DNA of 64,000 nt, taken from assembly GCA_965140705.1 (NCBI GenBank), contig OZ223300.1, positions 992,001-1,056,000 of the forward strand, read 5' to 3'. Below, one piece after another: positions 10,828 to 21,133 of this stretch. A program made the translations under genes and the position numbers. The stretch comes from an uncultured Arcobacter sp. (lineage in GTDB: Bacteria; Campylobacterota; Campylobacteria; Campylobacterales; Arcobacteraceae). The notes beneath the pieces were generated by a model that did no database searches, was not told the origin of the DNA, and was given only the letters and a program-made list of their open reading frames with translations. The stretch's first letter is position 1, and each line of letters begins with the position of its first letter.

Positions 10828-11801
10828 GAAAAAGATTTTATCTGCTTATATTTTAAATACATAAGTTTTATTACTTTCTCAATCTCTTCTTGGCTTATCT
10901 CATCCACAAAAGATAAGCTAAGAGAGTTTCTACTTGTCAATTCATCATAACCCATAGCTTGTATGATTCTTGAAGGTTTTGAAAGGCCTAAAGAACATCC
11001 CTCTCCATTTGTAAGATATATTTCACTTAAAGCCAAAGTTCGTATTAATTCCCTTGCTTTTATACCCTTTAGTGCAAAATGTAAAGTATATTCTAAAGTA
11101 GTATCTGGCTCAACAAAAAAGTAAATATCCTCTTTGAAAGTTTCTTTTAGTTTTTCTAAAAATAAAGTTTTTGGTTTTGTATTGAAGTGTTGTTTCTCTA
11201 TTGCATTAAGGCAAAGCTTACAAGCTATTGCATCTATTTCTCCTATTGGTAATAAGGAAAATGTTTCATCATTAAATAGAAGTACTGTATTTGTATTATA
11301 ACCTGTAAGTTTATATGGATCAAAATATATAATATCGCTTGTTTTATTAAGATTTGCACTAGCATTTGAGATGATTTTAGCTTCTGTTTTTTCTTTTACA
11401 TTTTGTAAGTTTGTTATTACAAAAGTATCCATAACATATGAAGATAAAAAAAGAAAATCTATCGTTTTATTTTCTAGGGCAGATAAATTTACTTTTCCAT
11501 CTATAGTTAAATCTAACCAAGTGATTTCAAATCCAAGGCTCTCAAATAATTTCCCCGCATCAATTACGGCTTGTGATTCTCCAAGACTTATGGCAATGTT
11601 TTTTCTTAATTCTAAAAATAGACCTAAAAATCCCTCTTTTGAAAAAGAAAATGTTTTTAGTTTAGTAAAGTGAAGTTTTTTTTTATACTCTTGAGTTAAT
11701 TCATCAAAAGAAGTATTTTCTATAAGTGCACTTAAAGAGTACTCTTTTTCTATTAAAATAGATTCAGCTTTAGCATACTGAATGTGATTTAGTTTAGGCA
11801 T
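10824..11801 (-). CDS. Divergent cysteine desulfurase-like (class V PLP) protein
   Basis: DPYKLTG at the PLP-lysine position, NGEGCSLG at the catalytic Cys loop; likely start MPKLNH at 11801. Confidence 0.65.
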   Translation of the reverse strand: MPKLNHIQYAKAESILIEKEYSLSALIENTSFDELTQEYKKKLHFTKLKTFSFSKEGFLGLFLELRKNIAISLGESQAVIDAGKLFESLGFEITWLDLTIDGKVNLSALENKTIDFLFLSSYVMDTFVITNLQNVKEKTEAKIISNASANLNKTSDIIYFDPYKLTGYNTNTVLLFNDETFSLLPIGEIDAIACKLCLNAIEKQHFNTKPKTLFLEKLKETFKEDIYFFVEPDTTLEYTLHFALKGIKARELIRTLALSEIYLTNGEGCSLGLSKPSRIIQAMGYDELTSRNSLSLSFVDEISQEEIEKVIKLMYLKYKQIKSFS

Positions 11802-12198
11802 TCTCTTTTTTGCCTTTTCTCTCTCGAAAACATCCAAGTTGGCAGTGGGTTACTTTTATATCTGAAGCTTTTACTGTGGACCCAACTCTTCTTAGCGTTG
11901 AGTTTCTTGCTTCATCCCATAAGATTTTGCACTCTACTTTTTTATCATATGCAAAGTTACGACTTAGGCTATTGTAAATATTTTCTTCGAAATCTTTGAA
12001 TTCTAGTTTTCCAAAAACTCCCAGTTCACAATTTGTTATTTTGACATTTATGCTTTTACAAGCTTCTGACATTTGTATTGGTTTTACCCCAATCAACCTT
12101 GCAACTTTAAATGCTTTTAAACAAGATAGTTTCCCATCTTCATCTAAGTTAGTTAATACAAGGTCTTTTTGTGTCTCATCCAATTGGAATTTAGACAT
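11794..12198 (-). CDS. Conserved hypothetical FDH-cluster protein with two tandem Cys-containing repeats
   Basis: KLSC...KITNCELGVF and KVEC...KVTHCQLGCF; overlaps the fdhD stop. Confidence 0.7.
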   Translation of the reverse strand: MSKFQLDETQKDLVLTNLDEDGKLSCLKAFKVARLIGVKPIQMSEACKSINVKITNCELGVFGKLEFKDFEENIYNSLSRNFAYDKKVECKILWDEARNSTLRRVGSTVKASDIKVTHCQLGCFRERKGKKENA

Positions 12199-13021
12199 TA
12201 ATTCTTCCGGAATGTGTATATATATTCATCTTTTTATTTCTTGCAAAACCAATTAATGTGATTCCATGTTCATTGGCAGCTTTTAATCCTTGAAAAGTTA
12301 CGGCAGCTTTTGATACAACTATTGGAATTTTGTGCATTACACATTTTACAACCATCTCCATAGATAGTCTTCCACTTGCATATAAAACTGATTTTTTGAT
12401 ATCTTTATGATTCATTGAAGCTAGACCCACAACTTTATCAATAGCATTGTGTCGTCCAATATCCTCAGATGTAAAAATTGTACCATCTTCTAAAATAAGT
12501 TCAGCTTTATGTACACAACCTGTATTCTCAAAAAGCTCACTAGGTGTGTTGAATTTTCTCATATTAGTTAAAATATCTTTTGCATTTACACTATACTTTG
12601 TATTTACAAAGGCACATTCAAAACTTTTATCTGCATTTCCAGTTACCCCAACACAACAACCAGAAGTAAGTGTTTTTTCTTTGAAAAGATTTGCATATCC
12701 ATCTTGACTTATAGTTGCATTGATATTAACTTTTAATCCATCTTCTGAAATAGATATATCTTTTACATCATCATAACTTTTTATAACGGCTTCACTTAGT
12801 AAAAATCCAACAATGTGTGCATCTTGATCTTGAGCGATAGTCATTACAGAAAGAAATTTTTCGTCATTTAGAAAAAACTCTACTCGCTCTTCTTTTATAA
12901 CATTGTCTTCAATTAATTCAATCCCATTTTCATCAAACCTTTCTATGACTACTTCTTTACAGAAGTCACTAAAACTTTGAGGAAAAAGGGAGAAGTTTTC
13001 ACTTCTCATAGGCGTTGTCAT
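12191..13021 (-). CDS. fdhD: Formate dehydrogenase accessory sulfurtransferase
   Basis: TSGCCVG, TGCVHKA, EDIGRHNAIDKVVG, SGRLSMEMV. Confidence 0.93.
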   Translation of the reverse strand: MTTPMRSENFSLFPQSFSDFCKEVVIERFDENGIELIEDNVIKEERVEFFLNDEKFLSVMTIAQDQDAHIVGFLLSEAVIKSYDDVKDISISEDGLKVNINATISQDGYANLFKEKTLTSGCCVGVTGNADKSFECAFVNTKYSVNAKDILTNMRKFNTPSELFENTGCVHKAELILEDGTIFTSEDIGRHNAIDKVVGLASMNHKDIKKSVLYASGRLSMEMVVKCVMHKIPIVVSKAAVTFQGLKAANEHGITLIGFARNKKMNIYTHSGRINV

Positions 13022-13025
13022 GCCA

Positions 13026-13976
13026 TTATCCTTTTTTGTTTTCTAAATCTTCTAAAATGTCAGGAGCAAGTTGTTCTAAATGCTCTCTTGGATATTTACC
13101 AGTAATTAAACCTTTAAAATTTCCTTTAACAGCAACTAAAACAGAATATACAAAGTCCAATAAGAAGAACATAATTAATACACTAGCACCAAAGTGTAAG
13201 TATATTAAAGCTCTTTTGAGTTGGATATATTGAGCATTAGTATAAGCATCTGGATCAATGTACCAAATAATACCACCACTAATTGCTAATCCTGCACCCA
13301 TTGCTACAAATGCTATAAAAACTACCCTTTTCATAGGCTTAAATTTACCTGGAAGAATAATCTTTTTAACAATACTATTTTTTATCAAAAGTTTTGCATC
13401 TTTAAAAGCTATAATTGTCATTGTAAACCAAAGAGGTATCCAAACTAAACCAGTAACCTCATGGGTTCCTCTTAATATATAAGGAATATAACCACCACCA
13501 CTTCTTAAACTCCAAGTGATATTAAATCCAGTAATAATAAGAGTTATAATAATAACAACATTTAACCAAATAACAACTCTATGAAATAAAGAGAATACTT
13601 TAACTTGGTCATTAGGATTTGTAATAACTGCACTTTTTCTTCCATAAAAAGCATACATGAAACAAAAAATTGCAATTTCACCACAAAAAACCCACCAAAT
13701 ATAAAGCTGTCTTTCATTACTTGCTCTGATTATTTCAGGAGCAATTGATTCATAATTTGGCCCAAATGCAGCATCAACCATAGCCTTATAAGTAGAAGAG
13801 GGAGGAGTTAAAACTCCATCCACATTTCCACCCGTGATAACATGGATAGAATATCTAATTAAGTAATCCCAATCCATAATCATGAGATACTTAACAAATA
13901 TAAATCCAACAATTGATAGCCCAAGAAGTGTAAGAATATAAGCTTTGTTTCTACTATAAAATGAGCTATTTTCCAT
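13026..13976 (-). CDS. fdhC: Formate dehydrogenase cytochrome b (gamma) subunit, divergent, cluster 1
   Basis: Follows fdhB; transmembrane layout aligns with the paralogue at 20221-21120; only 2 of the 4 heme His retained. Confidence 0.75.
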   Translation of the reverse strand: MENSSFYSRNKAYILTLLGLSIVGFIFVKYLMIMDWDYLIRYSIHVITGGNVDGVLTPPSSTYKAMVDAAFGPNYESIAPEIIRASNERQLYIWWVFCGEIAIFCFMYAFYGRKSAVITNPNDQVKVFSLFHRVVIWLNVVIIITLIITGFNITWSLRSGGGYIPYILRGTHEVTGLVWIPLWFTMTIIAFKDAKLLIKNSIVKKIILPGKFKPMKRVVFIAFVAMGAGLAISGGIIWYIDPDAYTNAQYIQLKRALIYLHFGASVLIMFFLLDFVYSVLVAVKGNFKGLITGKYPREHLEQLAPDILEDLENKKG

Positions 13977-13985
13977 TATTTATCC

Positions 13986-14582
13986 TTACCAACCATATGA
14001 TTCAGTTGCGATACCTTTACCTTTGAAAGTAGCTCTATAAGTTTTAATTAAAGCAACTTCATCAGCATCACCAACAAGTAAAGCTTTAGTAGAACACATT
14101 GCTGCACACATTGGAACTTTACCTTCACTAATTCTATTTTGACCATATTTTTCAAACTCTTCATGAGAGTTAGTCTCTTCAGGACCACCAGCACACATAG
14201 TACATTTATCCATTTTACCTTTTGTACCAAATGCACCATCTTTTGGAAATTGAGGAGCACCAAATGGACAAGCAAATAAACAATATCCACAACCAATACA
14301 AATGTCTTTATTATGTAAAACAATACCATCTGTTCTTATATAAAAACAATCAGTAGGACAAACTTGTTGACAAGGTGCATCAGCACAATGCATACAAGCC
14401 ATAGAAATAGAGATCTCTTTTCCTACAATACCTTCATTTACAGTAACTACTTTTCTTCTATTAACCCCAACTGGAACTTCGTGTGCTTCTTTACAAGCAA
14501 CAACACATCCATTACAGTCGATACAAAGATTTTCATCACAGTAAAATTTCATTCTTGAAAAATCTACATTATTATTACTCAT
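13986..14582 (-). CDS. fdhB: Formate dehydrogenase iron-sulfur subunit, cluster 1
   Basis: Four Cys clusters (CIDCNGC, CMHC..APC, CIGCGYC, CTMC); GGAGA RBS before 14582. Confidence 0.93.
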   Translation of the reverse strand: MSNNNVDFSRMKFYCDENLCIDCNGCVVACKEAHEVPVGVNRRKVVTVNEGIVGKEISISMACMHCADAPCQQVCPTDCFYIRTDGIVLHNKDICIGCGYCLFACPFGAPQFPKDGAFGTKGKMDKCTMCAGGPEETNSHEEFEKYGQNRISEGKVPMCAAMCSTKALLVGDADEVALIKTYRATFKGKGIATESYGW

Positions 14583-14592
14583 TTTGTATCTC

Positions 14593-17394
14593 CTATGCTC
14601 TTTCAATTCTTACAAGAGAACATTTAGTCTCAGGACAAGAAGTTTGTTGGTCAAAACCGTAACTTGTAACTTGGTTAGAACTTTCCCCACTTCCATAAGG
14701 AGCAGTTTTATCAGGATATCTTCCTAAAAGACTTTCACCTTGCCAAACACCTGAGAAGTTTTGTGGTAAGAATACTGATTTTTCATCAACTCTATGAGAG
14801 TATTTACATTTTATTCTTATTTTTCCTTCACCAGTCCCATAAACCCACATCATTTCACCATCTTTAATACCAAGTTTTCCTGCAAGATTTGGATGAAGCT
14901 CACCATACATTTCAGGAGCTAGTTCAGATAGATATTTTGATGCTCTTGTTTCTGTTCCTGAACCCATGTGTTCAACAATTCTTCCTGAAACAATATTGAT
15001 TGGATAATTTTTTACCCAAACTTGTGCATCTTGCTCAGTTTTATATCTAACATTAGTTCTAAAGTGATTTGGGATATCTTTAACAGCTGGATATCTTTTC
15101 ACTAAATCAGGTCTAAATGAGTGTAATGGTTCTCTATGTTTTGGAATATGATCAATAAAGTTCCAAACAATAGCTCTAGCTCTTGCATTTCCATAAGGTG
15201 CAAGTCCAGCAGCGATTGCATATTTATTTAAAATACCACTATCATCAGTTTTCCAGTTTTTACCTTCAACAGCTTTTTTCTCAGCATCAGTTAATTTAAC
15301 CCCTGCTAATTCTTCGATATTTTTATATGTAATCTCAGCATATCCACCATTGATTCTACTTCCTTTAGGAGCTGAACCTTTAGCTGATAATAAGTTTACA
15401 CCATCTCTTTCTAAACCAAATCTATTTCTAAATCCCATACCACCTTGAGCAACAGGAATATTAATGTTGTATAAAACTGGGCTTCCTGGATGAGTTTCAG
15501 TCCAACAAGGCCAAGGTAATCCATAATATTCTTTCTCAACTGGTCCTCTTCCTTTTAATGAAGTAGACTCAAATAAGTGCCAATTTTCAGTATGTTTTTT
15601 AATTCTAGCTGCAGTTCGTCCTTGCATACCAATAGTTTTTAAACTTCTAGCAATTTCATCTGTAGCATCTTCAGGCCATTTAAATTTATTACCTTTACCC
15701 ATACCAGCAATATATTGATCATAAAATCCTAATCTTTTTGCAAAGTCAAATAAGATATCTTGATCTTCTCTTGCTTCATATAGAGGTTCAATTACTTTAG
15801 TTCTCCATTGTGCACTTCTTGCCGTATTTACAACTGTTCCTTCTGTTTCAACTTGTGTAGAAGCAGGTAGTAAGAATAAGTTATCTTTTCTTGTTGTAAT
15901 AACAGCGGCATCATTTACAAATGGATCTATAAATACAACCATTTCTAATTTATCTAATGCTTCTTTTACTTTATGTGTTTGAGTAATAGTAGAAATACCA
16001 TTACCAATACAAACTAAAGCTTTAATTGGAGTATCAGCATTATTCTTTTCATTTTCTTTATCTAAAACACCATGAATCCAAAGCCCAAGACTAAACCCTT
16101 TAGCTTCCATCATCTCTTTAGTTTTAAATCTTCCTTTTAGCCATTCATAATCAACATTCCATTGTTTTGCAAAATATTTCCAAGACCCTTCACTTAGTCC
16201 ATAATATCCTGGAAGTGTATCAGCTAAACATCCTAAGTCTGTTGACCCTTGAACATTATCATGACCTCTTAAAATGTTACATCCACCACCTGGTTTACCT
16301 AAGTTACCAAGAGATAATTGCATAATTGACCCAAGTCTTGTATTTGAAGAACCGATTGTATGTTGTGTCCAACCTTGATTCCAAATCAAACATCCAGGAT
16401 CAGCTGTTGCAAATGCAGTTGCAGCTTGAATAAGAAGTTCTTTTGGACATCCCGTTATATCTTCAACGTGCTCAGGAGTATACTCTTCACACTCTTTGAA
16501 AATATCGTCCATTCCATAAACTCTGTCAGCAATAAATGATTCATCATACCATTTATTCTCACGAATTAATCTAATAATTCCATACAAAAATGCGATATCT
16601 GTACCTGTTCTAATTCGACAGTAAAGATCACTTTTTGCAGCAGTTTTTGTAAATCTAGGATCTACAACAATGATTTTTGCCCCATTTAACTGTTTAGCTT
16701 TTAATATATGCTGCATAGCAATAGGATGGTTAGAAGCAGGATTTGCTCCAAAAATAATAATAGCTTTCGAGTTTTGCATATCACCTATATGATTTGTCAT
16801 AGCTCCATATCCCCACGTATTTGCCACACCGGCAACTGTTGGACTATGTCAAATTCTAGCTTGGTGATCTATGTTATTTGTTCCAAACATAGCTGCAAAT
16901 TTTCTAATATAGAAAGCTTGCTCATTACTTACTTTTGCTGAACCTATAAATTGAACTGAATCTGGTCCAAATTTATCTCTAAGTGCCATTAGTTTATCAC
17001 TAACTTTACTCATAGCATCATCCCAAGAAAGTCTATTCCAAGTACCATTTGATTTTTCGATTGGATATTGTAATCTATTTGTTGTTCTTACTTTATCAAT
17101 CATATCAGCACCTTTACAACAGTGCCCCCCGTGACTTATTGGATGGTCTTGAGCAACTTCTTGTCTAACCCACACCCCGTTTTGTACTTCAGCAATAACA
17201 CCACATCCTACTGAACAATGCGAACAGATAGTTTTTATAAGTTTTGAACCAGGATAAGGATTTCTAATTTCCTCTTCACTAGCATTTCTTAATACTTTAT
17301 CCGTACTTGCAAAGGCAGATGTTGCTGTTACAGCTGTAGCAAGAGAAGCCATTTTTAAAAAACTTCTTCTTCCAAAGCTCTTAAGCATTTGCAT
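14593..17394 (-). CDS. fdhA: Selenocysteine-containing formate dehydrogenase alpha subunit, cluster 1 (933 aa, Sec at 16849-16851)
   Basis: ORFs 16849-17394 and 14593-16827 join in frame as ARI-U-HSPTVAG; Tat motif GRRSFLK; CSHCSVGC; RGHDNVQG. Confidence 0.95.
16821..16835 (-). promoter_or_regulatory. SECIS apical hairpin of fdhA cluster 1
   Basis: TTGCC-GGTGT-GGCAA starting 14 nt after the UGA. Confidence 0.8.
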
Positions 17395-17408
17395 TTTATC
17401 TCCTTTTG

Positions 17409-17633
17409 TTATTTTGCAGCTTTATAAAATTCATTCCAAGCTGCTGTTTTTTTGTAAAGAATTTCTTTTTTCTTCGCTCGACCGGTAACAACACCATTTC
17501 CGGCGTTACTTCCATCACCACGATCTCTATTTTCAGAAGTCGCAGCAGTAGCAGCAACTGAACCTGCAAGAACTGTTGCTGCAATTCCAGCTCGTTTGAT
17601 GAAATTACGTCTTTGATTTAATTCATCCGCCAT
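17409..17633 (-). CDS. Small Tat-signal FDH-associated protein
   Basis: RRNFIK; C-terminal NGVV.G..KKKEILY...W..FYKA shared with 24597-24797. Confidence 0.85.
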   Translation of the reverse strand: MADELNQRRNFIKRAGIAATVLAGSVAATAATSENRDRGDGSNAGNGVVTGRAKKKEILYKKTAAWNEFYKAAK

Positions 17634-17712
17634 GATAACTCCTTTTTTTTATTTGGGTAAAAAGCCCCCTTAAAAATTTCACAAAATCTTTAAGGGGACT
17701 TTCTAGCCTCTC

Positions 17713-18324
17713 TTACTTATTGGGCTTTTCTATATCTAAATAAGTTCTTTCAAAGTTACAAATATTTCCTAAAATAATTCCAGCTGGAGCATATATAGGA
17801 TTATTTGATGCTATCAATTTATAAAATAATTCATCACAATATGGATTAATAACTTCTTTAAATAACTCTTTTTGTAAATTTTCTTTTATCTCATTTGCTA
17901 TTTGTTGCTCTATTAAATAGGTACTTAATGTAAAAATAAATCCATAATGATCTTCTGGTGCAGTAAAAGCTTTTTCATCTTTTCTAATTTTTGTTTTAGC
18001 TAAAATATCTCTCACTTTTAATTGCATATAACCACCTTCTCTCTCTTCGTGGTACCAAGAAGCACTTAAAGACACGAAAGTATCAAATGGCACAATAAAA
18101 AGTTCTTGAAATTGTCTATAAATTTTTTCATTCCCATTCTCTTTTAAGTACTCTAGAATCTCAACTGCTGCTTTTCTAACATCTTCATCAAAAGAGTTAT
18201 TTGATAGTATCTCAAGATTTTCAACTATTTGTTCTGTTTTATTTTTAGAGTACTCTTCTACAAATAACAAAGATAATAAGTTATATAAAAAAAGTCTTGC
18301 TTTATCTATTTCTAAATTATGCAT
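17713..18324 (-). CDS. TorD/DmsD-family molybdoenzyme chaperone, cluster 1
   Basis: SASWY, PEDH motifs; FDH context. Confidence 0.85.
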   Translation of the reverse strand: MHNLEIDKARLFLYNLLSLLFVEEYSKNKTEQIVENLEILSNNSFDEDVRKAAVEILEYLKENGNEKIYRQFQELFIVPFDTFVSLSASWYHEEREGGYMQLKVRDILAKTKIRKDEKAFTAPEDHYGFIFTLSTYLIEQQIANEIKENLQKELFKEVINPYCDELFYKLIASNNPIYAPAGIILGNICNFERTYLDIEKPNK

Positions 18325-19990
18325 CTAATAATCCTTGTTTTATCATAAGTTTTGCTTTACAATCTTCACAACAATATAATGTTCTTTGTTTTACTGGATT
18401 TGAAGCAAATAGGGGACTCATAATCGCTGCAATTTTTTCAATAGCTTTTGTTGTAGCAAACTCTTTACCACACTCAACACAGGCAAATAGCTCATCTTGT
18501 GCTAAAATTTCTTCTGTAAACCAAGTTTTATTTAAGTGAATTACATCTGATTCAATGCTAATACAATCAGCTTCTGGACAGGTAACTAAACAGTAACCAC
18601 ATGATGTACATAAACTTGAATTTATTCTAAGTGTATTGTCTCTGGCATCGGCTACTAATGCATCGACGTTACAGGCTCCCACACATGATAAACACAAAGT
18701 ACAGTTTGGTTCATTTACTTGAATTTTTCCATAATGAACAAATTCTCCAGTTTTAACTGTCCCTAAATCATCATCACCTACTATGTGTTTTAATCTAATA
18801 GCAAAGATTTCTCTTTTTTTAGAACTTGTATGATTAAATGTAAATCTTGAGTTTTCTATTAGGTCTACTTCTTTTAAAGCTTCACTTAATTCCTCTTCAT
18901 TTGCTGCAACTATTACAGCATCTTTTGAGTATTTTTTTTGATAGATTTGATTGATTATTTCAATAGCATTTTTTGTTCCTTTTGATAAAAAGTCACTATA
19001 AAAAATAACTTGTGAACCTGACTCTTGTGCTATTGTTATAAACATTGATTCATCTAAGAATTTTTCACCATCAATTGCAAATGGCAGAACATTTTCTTTT
19101 AAATCTATAGATAAATTTTCCATATTCATTTTATTTGGAATGATTAATGGAATCTTTCCATTATAAAATTTTGAAATTTCATAAATAGAAGTTCTTGACA
19201 TTGGTGTATATTCAAGTGAACCTGAAGGACAAATACTAATACATCCTCCACAACCAAGACAATCAACCATAGAAAAAGATAGAGTTTTTGTTTTATCATC
19301 TTTTGTTATTGCAACTGTTGGACAAACATCTTCACATCTTGAACAAATTTCTTCTCTTCTTTCATGATATTGACAAATAGATGAATCATAAGTTATGAAT
19401 TTTCTATACTCATAGCTTTCAATATTATCTTTTAATTGTTTGATTACTTCATCTAAACTTGAAAGGTTTGGGTCAAAGGTTCCACTTTGTTTTAAACCTT
19501 CTTCTTTTGCATCAAACCATACAATTTGAGAAACATTTAAAGTAACATCTTTCCCTTCATCATCAACTACAACACTTAAGTTTCCTATATGCCCAGAAAT
19601 AGATTTTAAAATATCTGTTGTTATATAAAATAAATTAAAATCTTCATTCAAGGTCTTTTCTACAAAGTTTTTATACTCTTCTTCATTATTTGCTATTAAT
19701 AAAACTTCATTATTTAATTCTTGATTATAAGAAATATCTTGTGATAAATCATACTTCGTAGCTGCTATTTCATAAAGAGTTGATACATTTTCGATTTTAT
19801 TTGATAAAGAATCTTTAGAGTTTTTGATATAAAAATCTACTTCTTTTGCAGTTAATTCACTTTTGATAAGTGGACTGTTAGATATTAAAAAGTTTGATTT
19901 TGCACCATCTTCTATATTTGACGTTACAAAAATCTCCTCACTAATTGGGAAATCCAATCCATTTGGATTATAATAAATAAATTCTTGCAT
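18317..19990 (-). CDS. Multi-4Fe-4S ferredoxin-domain protein of FDH clusters
   Basis: CSRCEDVCP, CLGCGGCISICP, CTLCLSCVGAC, CTSCGYCLVTCP, CVECGK. Confidence 0.85.
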   Translation of the reverse strand: MQEFIYYNPNGLDFPISEEIFVTSNIEDGAKSNFLISNSPLIKSELTAKEVDFYIKNSKDSLSNKIENVSTLYEIAATKYDLSQDISYNQELNNEVLLIANNEEEYKNFVEKTLNEDFNLFYITTDILKSISGHIGNLSVVVDDEGKDVTLNVSQIVWFDAKEEGLKQSGTFDPNLSSLDEVIKQLKDNIESYEYRKFITYDSSICQYHERREEICSRCEDVCPTVAITKDDKTKTLSFSMVDCLGCGGCISICPSGSLEYTPMSRTSIYEISKFYNGKIPLIIPNKMNMENLSIDLKENVLPFAIDGEKFLDESMFITIAQESGSQVIFYSDFLSKGTKNAIEIINQIYQKKYSKDAVIVAANEEELSEALKEVDLIENSRFTFNHTSSKKREIFAIRLKHIVGDDDLGTVKTGEFVHYGKIQVNEPNCTLCLSCVGACNVDALVADARDNTLRINSSLCTSCGYCLVTCPEADCISIESDVIHLNKTWFTEEILAQDELFACVECGKEFATTKAIEKIAAIMSPLFASNPVKQRTLYCCEDCKAKLMIKQGLLDA

Positions 19991-20046
19991 AAACTATGCC
20001 CTTTTGGTTAAATATATATCTAATTTTATAAGCATATACTTAATTT

Positions 20047-20074
20047 ATACTTAAATAGTTAATTAATTTTTACC
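20047..20074. promoter_or_regulatory. Putative operator GTTAA-N6-TTTAC upstream of FDH cluster 1
   Basis: One-mismatch copy of the motif at 25781, 31792 and 34541. Confidence 0.4.
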
Positions 20075-20192
20075 GATAAGTATATGTGCTACAATTGGTT
20101 AATGTTTTATTTGTTTTTTAATAAATGAGATAAATTAAAGAAGTTTAGAATATATGAATAGATAAATATTAGTAATTATTTTATGAAGTTAT

Positions 20193-20223
20193 TAAGTAAT
20201 CTTCTAAAAAAGAAGATTACTTA
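20193..20223 (-). terminator. Terminator-like hairpin after fdhC of cluster 2
   Basis: TAAGTAATCTTCT-aaaaa-AGAAGATTACTTA. Confidence 0.65.
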
Positions 20224-21120
20224 TATTTTTTTTTCTTTTTTCAAATCTTTATAGAAAGTGCTGTGAAGTATCTCTACTTCTTCTTCTTCTTTAAATCCAG
20301 TTATTATTGAATGAATTGCACCTTTAATTGCGAAAACAGACATATAAACATGGGTGAAGAATAGTGCTGCAACTGCCATCCCAAATACATTATGAACAAT
20401 TGCTGATAATCTTAGAAAATCAATTTGTGATAATCCCATAGATGTTACTATTCCAAGTTTAAAATCTTGAAAATACATTACTGCACCAGTTACAATCATA
20501 ACGATTCCACCTAAAGTACATATCCAAAACCACATTTTTTGTCCTGCATTAAATCTTCCAGCTGGGATAGGGTCTTTTCTTTTATTTAAATATCCACCAA
20601 GTATCATCAGCCATTTTATATCATCTGAAGTTGGTAACATATCTTTAAACCACATTATCAACATTGGTAGTACTGCTATTGCAAAAAATGGTGTTGAAAT
20701 GGCATGTAACTCTTTTGCTACTCGTACAAATTGTCCACCACCAAAAGTTGAACCAAATATCATAATAAATCCAGTAGGAATTAAAACGATAAATGAAAAG
20801 CCTGCTATCCAATGAATTAGTCTATGAAACATAGTAAATACATAGATTTTTTTTCTATCATGGGCAAAAATCATTGGTCCAATAATATAGTAATGAATTG
20901 AAAATACTGCTGGAACCCCTAATAAAATTGCTAAAAATACAATAGAAAAATATTTATCTTGTAATACTGTAAATAGTGCTCCTAAATGTAATGTTCCCTC
21001 TCTATTGTAAGCTAAAATATTAGCTACTAAATCTTTCCCAAAAATAGCACTTTGGGTATCAGCAGCAAATGCTATACCTGAAAGTGCTATGATTAAGATT
21101 ATTATATTTTTTATTTTCAT
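20221..21120 (-). CDS. fdhC: Formate dehydrogenase cytochrome b (gamma) subunit, cluster 2
   Basis: HRLIHW, ELH, IVHN, FTHVY (four heme His); GRFNAGQK; start MKIKNII at 21120. Confidence 0.92.
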   Translation of the reverse strand: MKIKNIIILIIALSGIAFAADTQSAIFGKDLVANILAYNREGTLHLGALFTVLQDKYFSIVFLAILLGVPAVFSIHYYIIGPMIFAHDRKKIYVFTMFHRLIHWIAGFSFIVLIPTGFIMIFGSTFGGGQFVRVAKELHAISTPFFAIAVLPMLIMWFKDMLPTSDDIKWLMILGGYLNKRKDPIPAGRFNAGQKMWFWICTLGGIVMIVTGAVMYFQDFKLGIVTSMGLSQIDFLRLSAIVHNVFGMAVAALFFTHVYMSVFAIKGAIHSIITGFKEEEEVEILHSTFYKDLKKEKKI

Positions 21121-21133
21121 AATAATTCTTTCT

